Source of the DNA: Tubulanus polymorphus
Lineage: Eukaryota; Animalia; Nemertea
DNA length: 64,000 bases
Direction of reading: 5' to 3'
Assembly (NCBI RefSeq): GCF_964204645.1
Contig: NC_134034.1
Coordinates: forward strand, 682,001-746,000
This document shows positions 39,384-51,800 of this stretch, piece after piece. The position numbers and the translations under genes were made by a program. The notes under the pieces were generated by a model. The model searched no databases, was not told the origin of the DNA, and saw only the letters and a program-made list of their open reading frames with translations. The stretch's first letter is position 1. The number at the start of each line of letters is the position of its first letter.

Positions 39384-41959
39384 ATGTCATATGAACTCAT
39401 TAAAGCCCTACAGAGTTTCAACACCAAGTAAGTTTAATCGGAGAAGTGTTGGGACTAAATGGTGTCATCCAAATAAGTTCATGTTCGATCAAGTTTGAGT
39501 TCCCGAATTCATACATAACCACAGGGACAAACAAAGAAAATTAACCTGAAAATCTATTGACGCCTTGAAAAATAACATCAATATATCATTGATATATAAT
39601 CTACATTTAGATTATCTATTGTCGACAATATCAATATACGGTTAATTCAATAATATAAATATCAAGGATCAATAAAGTTATTTTGGATTTGAATATATCG
39701 ATTATTGAATTGAATTGACCGGCAACCAGTCTAGCCCCGATATAATGATGACGAAATGCAAATGATTTATGAGATACGTTAAATAAGGAAACGATCGCCA
39801 AAATTCACAATTGTAATTGTGTTATTTTCTAACGCTGATATCGATGACGTAGTGCACATTGACTCACAGTGAACCAGATATCGATGTATATGAACATTGT
39901 CATATGGTTTTTGATGTGTCACAAATGCGATTTTTCCACTCGGTGATTGGTTTAGTTTGATTATGTTTTCACCATTAACCTAATTCATACAATCTCAAAA
40001 AGCAGTAACGGAAATACATTTCATTCCTTACAATGGCTTTCATAGATATTAGATTAATTATCGATATGATAAGATTCAGGACGCATGTTGTTTCGAAATA
40101 AAATGAGCTTAATTTGTTCGGATTGTAATCACGAGCTTCGTGACGATGTGATACGATATTTTCGGGCGTGGTCACATGATGCGTGACGGACCTCATAATC
40201 TGAATTTCCACTAGATGGCGAACTAGTCGAACCTGGCTGCTCAAACACTCGTTTCAAATACTCGTAAGGCTTGGATAATTTTTATCAGGAAGTGAACACG
40301 TAGCAAAATAAAACTACTATTAACTAAATTCCTTCTACAAAATGATAATCCCGAAGGTTAACGACGGCTGTTGTACTCAGTGCTGCCCCTCAGGGCAATC
40401 ACCCAATCAGGCTCAGCCCCTAGGGCTTGGGGTTGTCCTTCTTATATATGTCTATTTATCTATGCAAATATATCCAAAGAAATTATGTTTATAATCTTGT
40501 ACATATCGTAAGTAAATAAATCAATCACAATGTTGCTAACTGCTTTCTAATCTCTTCCAGAGAATTAGAACGATTATTAGAGACGGGATTAAATCTAAAC
40601 AGTCGGGATAATCGCGGGATTACTCCGCTCTATTGGGCTTCCGGTTACGGTAACGATAAAACCGTCAGTTATCTGATTCGACGCGGCGCTGACGTCAATT
40701 ACGTCACTTCCTGGAACAGTTTTCCGCTACACGCGGCCGCCGACGCCGGTCACATGACTATCGTTAAAATTCTTCTTGAGCGGTAAGTGTCGTTTACCCT
40801 TTTCGCAGCCTGGAGCCACCCCTTCAGACAATCTGCGACCTGGAGCCTCCCCTTCAGAAAATCAGTGACCTGGAGCCACCCCATCAGACAATCAGTGGCC
40901 TGAAGCCACCCCTTCAGACAATTGGTTGTCTGGAGCCACCCCATCAGACAATCAGGGGCCTGGAACCACCCTTTAAGCAAGCCCTTCAGTGAATCTGCGC
41001 CCTACATGATTTCTTTTTTTTTCAGTGGTGCAGATGTGAATTGTCGTGACGTGAACGAAGACACGCCCCTTCATTTAGCCAGTATGAAAGACTTGAAGCC
41101 AGTCGTACAGTATCTATTAGACAGCGGAGCCGACCGCACGATCTGCAATAAAAAGGGTCGCACCGCTTTGGACGAGGCGATCATACATCGCAGTCGCGAG
41201 TGCGTATTGCTGTTAATGAACGCGCTTCCCAATCGAACGATAGATGGCGAACTAGTCGAAAAGAACGGAGATCGCCGCAAACCGTTGGAAATGACGATTA
41301 TTTGTAACAACTGTAAGAACGAGATCGCACTGCGAAACGTTTCCATGAGTTCTCGTGATTTGATCGACAGGCGATCCATTTCCGGTGGATTTATCGCTAG
41401 AGGGCGCTACATCGGTTCAGCTGACGAGCTGAGTGAACCCAAAACGTCGACCATAGGTGGCGCCAGTGAGGGGAACGTGGTCACTACGTCGTCGTTTCCT
41501 TCGACGAATCCCGGCCGACTGGTAACCGGTGACCAGTCAAATATCCAAGATTCCGGTGACCGGTCTCATTTTCTAACCGGCCACCGGTCTATATTCACCG
41601 GAAGTGCAGTAGGCGGGGACCCGTCTAAAAGGTCGCACGCCACCGATAAGAAATGTGTATGCGACCGAGAAACGTCGTCGGCGATTACGACGACCTTGAA
41701 ATCTCGGAGTCTGCAAACCTTTACCGAATTGAAAACTAATTTGGATAGCAAGACGGATTTGATATCGCTGGTTGACGCCTTGCAGCTGGAGGTAGTGAAG
41801 GAACGTGAACGCAACGAACTACTCGAAATCAACAGTTCTCACGATCAGATACTGTTGACTAGTTTAAAATCGGATCTGAGCCTAGAGCGAGCCAGATCCC
41901 GATATCTTTCCAATAAACTGGCTAAATATCTGTCGTCGGGCACGTCATCGAACACGTGA
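39384..41959 (+). CDS. Ankyrin-repeat protein with C-terminal coiled coil (3 coding exons, ~399 aa)
   Basis: Exons 39384-39427 (MSYELIKALQSFNTK), 40561-40782, 41026-41959. Ankyrin motifs GITPLYWAS, GADVN, FPLHAAA, DTPLHLA, GRTALDEA; heptad-like C-terminus. Confidence 0.85.
40805..40990. repeat. 30-bp minisatellite in ankyrin-gene intron
   Basis: tggagccacccc.tcagacaatc repeated ~6 times. Confidence 0.9.
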
Positions 41960-42600
41960 TGTATCGTGTTAGTATACGCCGCTAGATGGCGTGTGAAATA
42001 TCTATCAACTTCATAAAAAGTTAACGCTCGCTGTAAAGTTCGTTTAGGGACTTCATCGAAATCCTTCCTTGTTTATAAACATCGGTCTGTTTAAAAGATA
42101 TCCTGTAATCCCGATCGAGGGCGCCACCACCATCAACAATGATAGATGATAAATCTCCCTGGTGTCTTGGACCCATTTCTGAGAGAACATGTCAGGGCAC
42201 ATTTGAATATCCCTGAATGTCAGGATCTTGTATTTGAGTCGTCTCAACGCAATCAGGTTCGAGTCCCCGTAATCGATGATATATAAATCAACAGACGATG
42301 TGAAAACTGAACGAAATAAACCCAGACTAATTGATTAGAAATATTCTAATAGTATCTTTAATGAGAAAAAATTCGATTTTTTCGATGAAAAATAGCGTTC
42401 GTTTTTGGTTCTGATGACAGTTTAGTCTTCACTTCATAACTCTGTACTGATGCTCACATCTACAATAATTGCGTTCGTTATTTAGAAATAATCAAAAATA
42501 AACCTTGATAAATATAATTCCATCATCATAAACTTTTATTAAATTAACTCATAAAAGATCATTTTTCATTTTGATTTTATTGCTGGGAAAAATAGTTGTT

Positions 42601-43366
42601 TCATGGCATACCGATAGGGGGCAATAGTTTAGTAATCAGATCTTGAAGTTTAGTCAGTGTTTTAGCGATACGGTCGTTGTTGCGCGCCAACCACTCCAAA
42701 TTAGATATGCGCTTGATCCTGTCGATGAAGGCTTCCAGACTCTTGCGCACGGTCTCCGCGTAGTTGGCAGACTGGAACGAGTGACCTCCTTTACGAGAAT
42801 GATGATGGCGATGATGAGGTCGACGATGGTGATGACGATGAAAGAAAAAACCGTGATGGTGGCGAAATCGCATACCCTGTAGGTGGCGCTTTAGGTCAGT
42901 GGTGACATCTTTATCGTCTGTTGAAGTCGAGGCGGAAGTGATTTGAAGAATCATTAGGCAGATTGCGCTGATGAGAAAAATCAATTTTGGGTTCGAATCC
43001 TGAAATAGATGAATAATTTTCATGTGACCTCTTCTTCGTTTAGATAGGGTGACATAACATTGAAACCTCTAGGCCCAGTTCCACAGTCATGTCCTGAGTC
43101 AAAAAGTGTGTCAAATCTTAAGACTGGTCTTAAGTTGTTATATCGACTATAGAACTAAGATGGTCTCATTTATTCGAAGCCACGACTATAGAACCGGATC
43201 GTAGCCCAAATTTCAGATGCATCGCTTCTACTGTATCCACAGATTAGGAATGAATTCCACCGTTCAAGACCCAGTTTCTGGATACAGTTCAAAAACTCAC
43301 CGCACAACACTTAGAAACGAAAGTAAGATTTAGAAAAAGAAATATCACGTATAGATTTCTTACCAT
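42601..43366 (-). CDS. Small secreted His/Arg-rich prepropeptide (133 aa)
   Basis: ATG|gtaag at 43366-43364 splices to cag|GAT at 42999. Product M-DSNPKLIFLISAICLMILQITSA (signal) / STSTDDKDVTTDL-KR / HLQGMRFRHHHGFFFHRHHHRRPHHRHHHSRK.. / helical tail. Confidence 0.75.
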
Positions 43367-43424
43367 GTTTTGTACTCGAGTATGTTGGATCGGAGGTCTC
43401 TGATTGCGTCCGCCGCGATCCGAA

Positions 43425-43461
43425 AACTGAATCTACACGTGCCAAATCTTACCGATTTATA
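43425..43461 (-). promoter_or_regulatory. TATA box + Inr core promoter of the His-rich peptide gene
   Basis: Minus strand TATAAA at 43461-43456 and TCAGTT initiator at 43430-43425, about 30 nt apart. Confidence 0.55.
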
Positions 43462-43884
43462 AAGCAATAATCCTCCCAGAGATTATTAATCCTCCACTAA
43501 TGTGTTGAATATTCAGTTAATGAGTTAATTTAAATTCATTTCGTAATAGATTTTATTGGTTGCGAAATTAGCCAGCTGTATCGATCGTTAAGGAGATATT
43601 TCAAGTCGTTAATGGGACGAAGCCAGATCAACATGAGAACTGTGAATTAATTTAGAAAGAAACTACTGCGGAGAATGTCTGTAAATGTCCTGTTGAGTAA
43701 TCCGTCCACAACCCACGTCTGCCCCTTCGAGCGGTGAAGTAAACCTCCCTTTTCTCGGATATTATCAACTCGGAACAAAATAAAACCATTTTTGAACTCC
43801 TAACGTATTTTCCTACTCAAACTCGGACTGCGCTTACCTCGCACCACCGGCCTCAATTCGTTCGAGTTGGCGAGGCTCAAGATC

Positions 43885-44150
43885 GTCGGGTACCCTAGGA
43901 TCGTAGGATGTCTGGGGGTACACTAGGGAGTCTGGGTACCCTAGGATCGTAGGATGTCTGGGGTACACTAGGGAGTCTGGGTACCCTAGAATCGTAGGAT
44001 GTCTGGGGGTACACTAGGGAGTCTGGGTACCCTAGAATCGTAGGATGTCTGGGGGTACACTAGGGAGTCTGGGTACCCTAGAATCTTAGGATGTCTGGGG
44101 GTACACGAGGGAGTCTGGGTACCCTAGAATCGTAGGATGTCTGGGTACAT
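43885..44150. repeat. ~48-bp minisatellite, ~5.5 copies
   Basis: gggtaccctaggatcgtaggatgtctgggggtacactagggagtct repeated. Confidence 0.9.
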
Positions 44151-44308
44151 TAGGATAGTTCAGCGTTCTAAGGCACTGTGGATACAACCAATTCTAGGAC
44201 GTGATGAATATCATCCCTTTTCCATCCATTCCCTGTCATAACAAAAATAATGAACTCATCTCAAAAATCATCTCATTTTTTAACAATGATTACGATATTT
44301 AATTTTTA

Positions 44309-47300
44309 CTAAACCATTATTAAAAACCATTGAATTTGCAATAGTCCGTATATGATAAAGGTGCCAGCGCCACCTATTATCAAAGTTGTTATAAATCCAT
44401 ATTTCAAATACTGCAGGAAATTCAAACGATAGTCGAGCGTGGATTGAGCTTTTTGAGCCACGATCAAATTCGAAACGCTTCCAAACTGCGTCAGATTGCC
44501 ACCGACCGACGCCCACCATCCTAGATACAGTACTAGGGCTAACTGATTCTGGCAAGGTGCCATCTGTTCCAAGACGATCAATGTCAGAGGTATGTTGTTG
44601 AAGACGTTCGTGCCGAGCAGAACGAAAACGCTGAAGATGAGGATTTCGCGCGCCGAAACGACGGTCGTGGCAACCAGTCCAAGACGGTTCCAGAACCAGC
44701 GAGGTAGATGGGTGGAATTGAATCCACGCATCCACACGAATATTCCCATAAACAATAGCAGGATTCCCCAGTCGATTTTCTCGATGATAGCAGACGAATT
44801 GCGCCGATTTATGAGAGCATCGGCGACTATAATCACAATAGCGCCACACATTGGCACCAGCCCTGAAAATAAGAGAGCAGGATGATAGATATGAATAAAA
44901 ATTCAAACATGTTTTCCGGGACCACTGTCCCTTCCTATTGAGATTGCTGATATTTTTGTCAAGACAGACATCATTAAAAACCGCGAACGGCGGGTGTTGT
45001 GAGTGACAACACCTGTCTGGTCACCGGTCCACCACACCCGACTGGCCACAGTCACCACACTGACCAGACAAACAAACAAACTATATCAAACACTACTGGT
45101 CTATGGTCTAGTGGTTAGCATGCTCGACTGGCATGCTAGGGTTTGCAGGTTCGAGTCATGCTAGGGTTGGGGTTATGGAGAAGCTAGGGTTAGGGTTACG
45201 GAACGGTATTTTAGGAAGACCTGTGGTCTGGGGTTGTCCTTACTTCAACAAATTTATAGCTGAACTTTGTTTTGTACATTTGCTTTTTTTGTTTTCTTCC
45301 AAGTGCCCTTTCATGGCGGATGTTGGAAAATTGGAAGGTCAGGTTTCAGAACAAACGACAAAGGATTTTTTTAGATAAAGCAGGGCGTCTTAGGCTATCA
45401 GTGGAATCCCAAGCCTCGGTGTTAGACATTTCTGTATAAATACATCCAAAGATGTGCATTACGAGAGGATGTGTCAAATTTGTATGTTTTAACGATCTTG
45501 ACGACGAAAAGGGCAACCTCAATGTGAAGGCAGGGACCCGGATCCCCGAGACCACCCCCTAAATCCACCCCTGCATTTCTAAAATCTAAGAACCCCCTTT
45601 CAAAATCCTGGCCACGGATCTGCGACCCTCGGAAGCGAAACGGTTTAAGTAGTGTATCTTATACATACCAACATCGAACTTGAAAACGGTTGATGAAATG
45701 AGGAGAAGACAAACGATGAGTAACACAACTAAACATAGAACCACGTGGAATAAAACTGATTCCGACGGACGCAAAGCGTCATCGACGGTGTTCAAATCTG
45801 TCCGGTCATGATGCGGAGCAATAGGAACATCTGGACAATGATTCTCTTCGTCTGTTAATAGTTCATCATTGTGCGGAACATTAGGAACACTACGGTTTGT
45901 TTCGGCAACAATCGGAACAGGATTTTCCCTCTCCGTGGCGATAATGGTAGCATCTTTATTGTCCTCTACACTAGCTGCGGAATATTCATTAGATTTATCG
46001 GGATTCGAACCTGGTCGATTCCGATCTTTATTGCTATCGCTACTGTCAAACAAATTCAGTTTAACGCTTTCCAGTTCGTCCGCGCCATCGACATTCACTT
46101 TAGTAAGCCCACGTTGCTTTCTCGATCTGTGGCAGACTCGTGCGCGGTAATGAACTATTAAAAATCCTACGTTAAGAAAAGCCCCCACGACTGCCGGGGG
46201 TCCCATATATACTATACTTCTTTGTAGATTCAGAACACTCTTCTCATAAAGCGGCGAATCGGTTTTCGATGCTATCAAAGCCATCAGCGGGTTACCAAAT
46301 ATCGTCACGACGCTACCTATGAAAATAATAATGATAATTTGTATCTATTCCCTAATACAGCGCAACATCTAATATCTATTTGAAATTGGCTTGGGAGGAT
46401 GTTAGGCGCCATAACTCATTAATTTTCGTAGTAGATGCCTGAATAGCAGTCAAAATGACCATAACGTTGATTGCAATCTATAGCACTGTTATATCGAAGG
46501 ATTGTGAAAGGTTTATTTTACTCAGGTCGCCATAACCCAATCAGATCTGGTAGTAGTTACCTGGTATAGTTACCAAAAGGGACCAGTTAAGAATGGGCAG
46601 CTAAATCAAAGCATTAATTTTTAATCCATTCTATACTATTTTGAAGGACTGCCTAAAAAACCTCCTTTTCTCAAATTGAATTGGAGATAGGAATCTCCAA
46701 AGGACCTATCAAAGTACATTGGGGGTTTATTTTATTGAGTTTTGAGACCCAATGTCAGCAATCACGTTAATATAGACATTAGGCAGAATATTCCGCATAC
46801 TTTGGGCGTGGTAACTCGTGACAACTGTACCTATATTTGAGGATGTAGACACGGCCAGTAACAGGGTCAACAGTTCAGCTGAATGTCGCCTCTGTCGTCT
46901 CCAGACGTCCAGAATTAACGGCGTCAGAATCACGCAGGCGGCGTCGTTCGTGAAAAACATACTGAACACAAAACTGATGGCGCTCACTTTAAAGATATAT
47001 ATCTCGATGCTGATTTTAGAGTTCAGGATTTTGTTCAATATTTTATCAACTAGTCGTTCCCGGTGGAAATACTGAGCTATAAGCATCATCCCTAACAGCA
47101 GGAATATCGTTCGTAAGTTGTCTTTGTGTCCCAGGATGACGTAGACGTCGTCTTGAGCGAGCACCGGTAAGGCAACGGTAAGGACGGCTCCGAGTAAAAC
47201 GGCACCCGTGCTTCCTAACGGGAAACGCGTCCAGTAGAACAACACCAGCGGTAATATCAATACGAAAGTTACAGATCCGGATATTAAAACATCGAGTTCG

Positions 47301-47416
47301 GCTAATTCAGAGCTTCCGCCGGTGGTGGCGCTACTGAGGTTTGATTTATTAGGCGTCCCATTATTGGTCCATACTCGGCAAACGCCAATCTCGGAGTCAC
47401 CCACATTCGGCACCAT
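44309..47416 (-). CDS. Lsi2-like (ArsB/NhaD, ion-transporter superfamily) putative silicon/metalloid efflux transporter (3 exons, ~595 aa)
   Basis: Exons 47416-46831, 46316-45669, 44862-44309. Motifs LLLGMM, FTNDAACVILT, STSSNIGSVVTIFGNP, IDWGILLLF, NNIP, GGNLTQFGSVSNLIV parallel plant Lsi2 (FTNDT.C, SSANIGS..TPIGNPQN, SNVP, AGNL.L.GSAANLIV). Confidence 0.8.
45100..45200 (+). mobile_element. tRNA-derived SINE head in transporter intron 2
   Basis: A-box TGGTCTAGTGG and B-box GGTTCGAGTC, followed by gggttagggtta. Confidence 0.5.
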
Positions 47417-48875
47417 ATTCTATATATCACCCGTTAACCTTGTATGCGCTACTGAAAGAGTATTACACAATGCTGAGAATGATAGAAAATATTCAGTCAT
47501 GTATATATAACATATTTTGTATACATTGTATCAGTTTTCATAAAATAAAACCTCTTTATAAAAAAAAAACTTAAGGCGCAATGCACCCCAATCTATGGAT
47601 GTTAGGCACTACCACGTACATGCAAAGGCCAAATGCGTTCTAATATATCTCAGCCAGTACACAAAGAGGAGAAAAGTGATGTTCAGTTAACCCCTGATAT
47701 ACCGCTATAGGATGCTTATAGGTGAAGGGTGATATAGGAGGGTTCACTGTGCTGCATAGTTACCTTTAGATACCACGTGGAGTGAGTTGTCACATTCCTT
47801 ACAAAGCAGCACCAGTAACACCAGTAGTACCACAAACACGCTTAGGGTTTTTGTGCAATCGATATTGTGACAATGCAATAAAAATAAAACAGTTAGAAAC
47901 GCATGTTACACAGATCTATGTGACCTTATGTCGTTTAATGTTGTTTTATATGTCATCATGTCTTTAGATAACATTCATACCTTACTGTGTGTGTACAGGA
48001 AGGGACGGGTAAATTCGAGGTGTAAAACAGATGGCTAATCGAGAGCCAAATGATAAACCCACGTGGAACTGATGCACAGAAAATCGTGACTCGACGTGCG
48101 CAGAAGAGAGATGATAATCTCTGACCTATAAACGAAGTTTGACGTCTACACAAATAAGTAAAAATGGTAGCATTTATTTATTTACATATAGAATTGTATA
48201 ATTCGAGAAAAATTTGATACCTTACATACACGTTTTTACATCACTTTTATCGCGTGGCCCCGTTAAATTTAAAAACAAAAACAATAACAAAATCCTGTAA
48301 AACAATTTCTTAATTATCACAATAACACATTTAGATATACGATATTCGTTTAATAACTATCTCAGTTCCACAGGTTGCGTGGATATTGGAATAAAATCTG
48401 ATTTGAAATCAATTCATTTGCAACGACTAGTTAACTCTGAGTCAAATCTTAACTCACAAACTGTACGAAGAAACCGGGTAAAGGGTCGTTAATAGATACA
48501 ATGGTTAATTGGAAGTCATTAATTTCATGTTAAATCAATCGTCAACGACTATAGAACTTGGGCCTTACTTTAAACCCACGCATTTATAACTAGGAGGAAT
48601 AAATGTTCAGTAATTTACTTGACAAAAATATAAAACCCTATATATATATATATACTATTTACATATCGCACGGCGCATGCGCTGAACTAATGATATGCAC
48701 AAAATGGCGACGAATTTGTAGAATTTTTTTAAAGTATTTTATTTAAATGCAACATTAAATATCTTTCAACAACATTGAACAAATTATGAATGGCGTGTAT
48801 TCGGCCAGTGATAGATTCAGTGTGGACTAGCGAATTATTTGTTAACGCGATTTCTACACAGATTCCTTGTTTGTT

Positions 48876-51800
48876 TTATAAATGTCTAGTTTCGGCCGTT
48901 TCTAGTTTAGGATCGACGAGCATCGAGGTCTCATTCGTGGTGAACGGGTCGCAATGATCGTTATCGGGACTCGAACCCAATCGAGTCATCATATGTCCGT
49001 TGTTCAAGGTCACCGCGTCTTTCTTCTCGAGCGACACCGACAAACTCATCGAATTAGAATGCGACTGGCGCCCCCTGGAGACGTACGACGTCAACGTCGT
49101 ACCACCGAACCCGATTGTTTTCCCGCCGTGTCGTAGATTGTATCGTTCCCATGTTTTGCGAATTTCGTGCCGGACCTGAAGTGATCAACAAGAGAAGGAT
49201 CAAATCCGTGAATTCCGGGCAACCGGAACTGATAGATAGACCACAAGATGGCGCCACTGATAGTCAGTCATTTTCATAATAAGCATTTCAATAAACTATG
49301 AGTACGCATTACACAGACTTTCAGTTAGTTTAGTTCATATTGCTGATTGACAATATTCGCTTGAAAAGACTTAAGGCCTTTATATTATGAGTGCTGCCAC
49401 ATCAGGTTCGACAAACGATGGCGCAACTTGTAGTCAATCATTTTAATAAAGATTTAGCTCATATCAATAAATTCCATCGAAACATTAACTTTCATGCAAG
49501 TTTCGATCGAAAGTAGAATGGCATAAGAAAGTTCTGGAATCGGTAGAGACCAATCGAAACCAGTCTCTGAGTTAGTTGTTTAGTTCATGTGATTGATATT
49601 GACGAGTACTCTCGATTGCCACAGTAGGCTCTCGACACACACGTACCTCGCCGTTCATAAAACAGAACAAAATCGTGATGAAAAATCCCTGAAACGAGAA
49701 AAAAAACTAATTAACACGACCGCGTCTTTTCTTACATCTTAGTTTATGTATTTAACGCTACATTTGAAATGAAGATTGAAAAATGGTCGAGAACAATCTT
49801 TGAAATCACGACATTATCTATTGGGTTTATACGTCATTTAGTTTCTTTAAAGTTCAGGGTCCAGTGGCAGAGGCGGGGGAGGTCTTTATTTCGCAAAATC
49901 CTAAACCTGTCATTAAGAAATCCAGAACATCAATTCAAACAACTATTATCATTCTTTTTACGTTTCTTATGACAACTATGTAACATTTAACTTTCATTTT
50001 CATAACTCTGAAGATGGCTGGAAGGGTTCTGCCCAAAATCGAGAAAAAAAGGCAATAACAGTCTTTTTAAATTGATATTGTGGGATTTTCTAAATGATAT
50101 TCATCAGGACTGGGGACAGTCTGAACTGTTTACAGTTTTAAACCTACTTGAAACGAATTGAAGAACATCTCGTAGTAAAGCTTCACGATCAAAGCCACTT
50201 CGCTGATACCCTTGTCCGGTAACCACAGAAACAAGATATAATGGACGCCAAACAATGGAATCAGGACCAACGTCGATTTGACAAGTTTCCTGTAAGATAT
50301 TAACACCAGAATTGTGATTAAATCAGAATTATTCTAAATATAAGACAACGGATATTAAATCGGAATTTGTACGTCATCTACCGACGGAGTTTATTATCAC
50401 CCCCTTTACGGGAATCAACTAGTTCAAGCCACGTCACAACAGTTAAGTATAAAGCAAGATGTTAAAAAGTTAAGAACCAAATTGCCAAATTATTGTATAG
50501 CAGCCGAAAAAATACCGAAGCAGATGATGAAAATATATGTGCTACTTATTTGTTAGGGGGTGGGTGGCGGTATCTTTGGGATGAGTTTGTCCCTGTTTCC
50601 GTAGTGTAAGGTGGCTTAGTGAAAATCTGAAAATTGGCTAATAAGGACTGAATGAGGGAATCTTTGGGATGAAGTTGGGATCTCAATTTTGCTCCCCTAA
50701 CTTAAGGTTGTGTATTGACAAAACAATCTTGTCTCTACAGCGGAATGCTTTTAGAAACCACTCGTATGGCTTTGTACAGCGGATTACTGTCCTGCTATAA
50801 CATTGAACTAAAGCGTCCAGGAGTACAAGCAGCAGCACTTACCGCCAGACCGTGTCGGAGTTCTCCGTACAAGAGGTGGACACACGTACGTCATCTCTAG
50901 AGCACTGCAGCTCGAACAACCCTTATCACCGTTGACTGTGTGATGATATATTTACTAATTTACACAAGACCTGCTTGTGTTCCATATTCTAGGCGACCCA
51001 TAATAACATATCACTGATGGCCAGGTGCCCTACAGTTAGGGTTGGCTGGTTAACTAGGGAGTGCAGGGACCAGCCTGATTGGTGCATAGGTTGGTACTGT
51101 TATGTTAAGTTGGTTAAAGTTAACCATCAGGTTGAATACTGTGGTCATCACGATATTCTAATTGCCACTAATGTCAATTATCCAGTGGTTAAATTAAACC
51201 AACTTTGAGCTCTTTGTTTATGAAGGACGATGCTTTATCTTTTAGCTTGGTTAATATATACTGCCGTCTAATGAGCTAGCTGTCTAATGAATGAACTATG
51301 CTGCCCATCACCGTGCATGCTCACCTATACCTGTACTTTTTAGCCTCTTGCGCGTTCGGTGCTACCAGTTTCGTGAACAGTACTCGAACTAGACTGACGA
51401 ACAGTATAAAATTAACCTGAAAAACATCACAACAAGAATATGTAATAAGAGTTCGAAATGTTTCCTTCCACAAATTGTTTATTCAACGTTTCGACAATAG
51501 CCTAATAGTCATCTTCAGGAATACTGTATTCCTTGAGCTAGTGTAGTTTATTCAACGTTTCGACAATAGCCTAATAGTCATCTTCAGGAATACTGTATTC
51601 CTTGAGCTAGTGTAGTTTATTCAACGTTTCGACTATATCCTAATAGTCATCTTCAGGAATACTGTATCCCTTGAGCTAGTGTAGTTTATTCAACGTTTCG
51701 ACAATAGCCTAATAGTCATCTTCAGGAATACTGTATTCCTTGAGCTAGTGTAGTTTATTCAACGTTTCGACTATATCCTGATAGTCATCTTCAGGAATAC

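Noticed and set aside
40922-41025. ORF-track N-terminus of the 345-aa ankyrin ORF
   Set aside because: Intronic minisatellite; the real exon starts at the acceptor at 41026.
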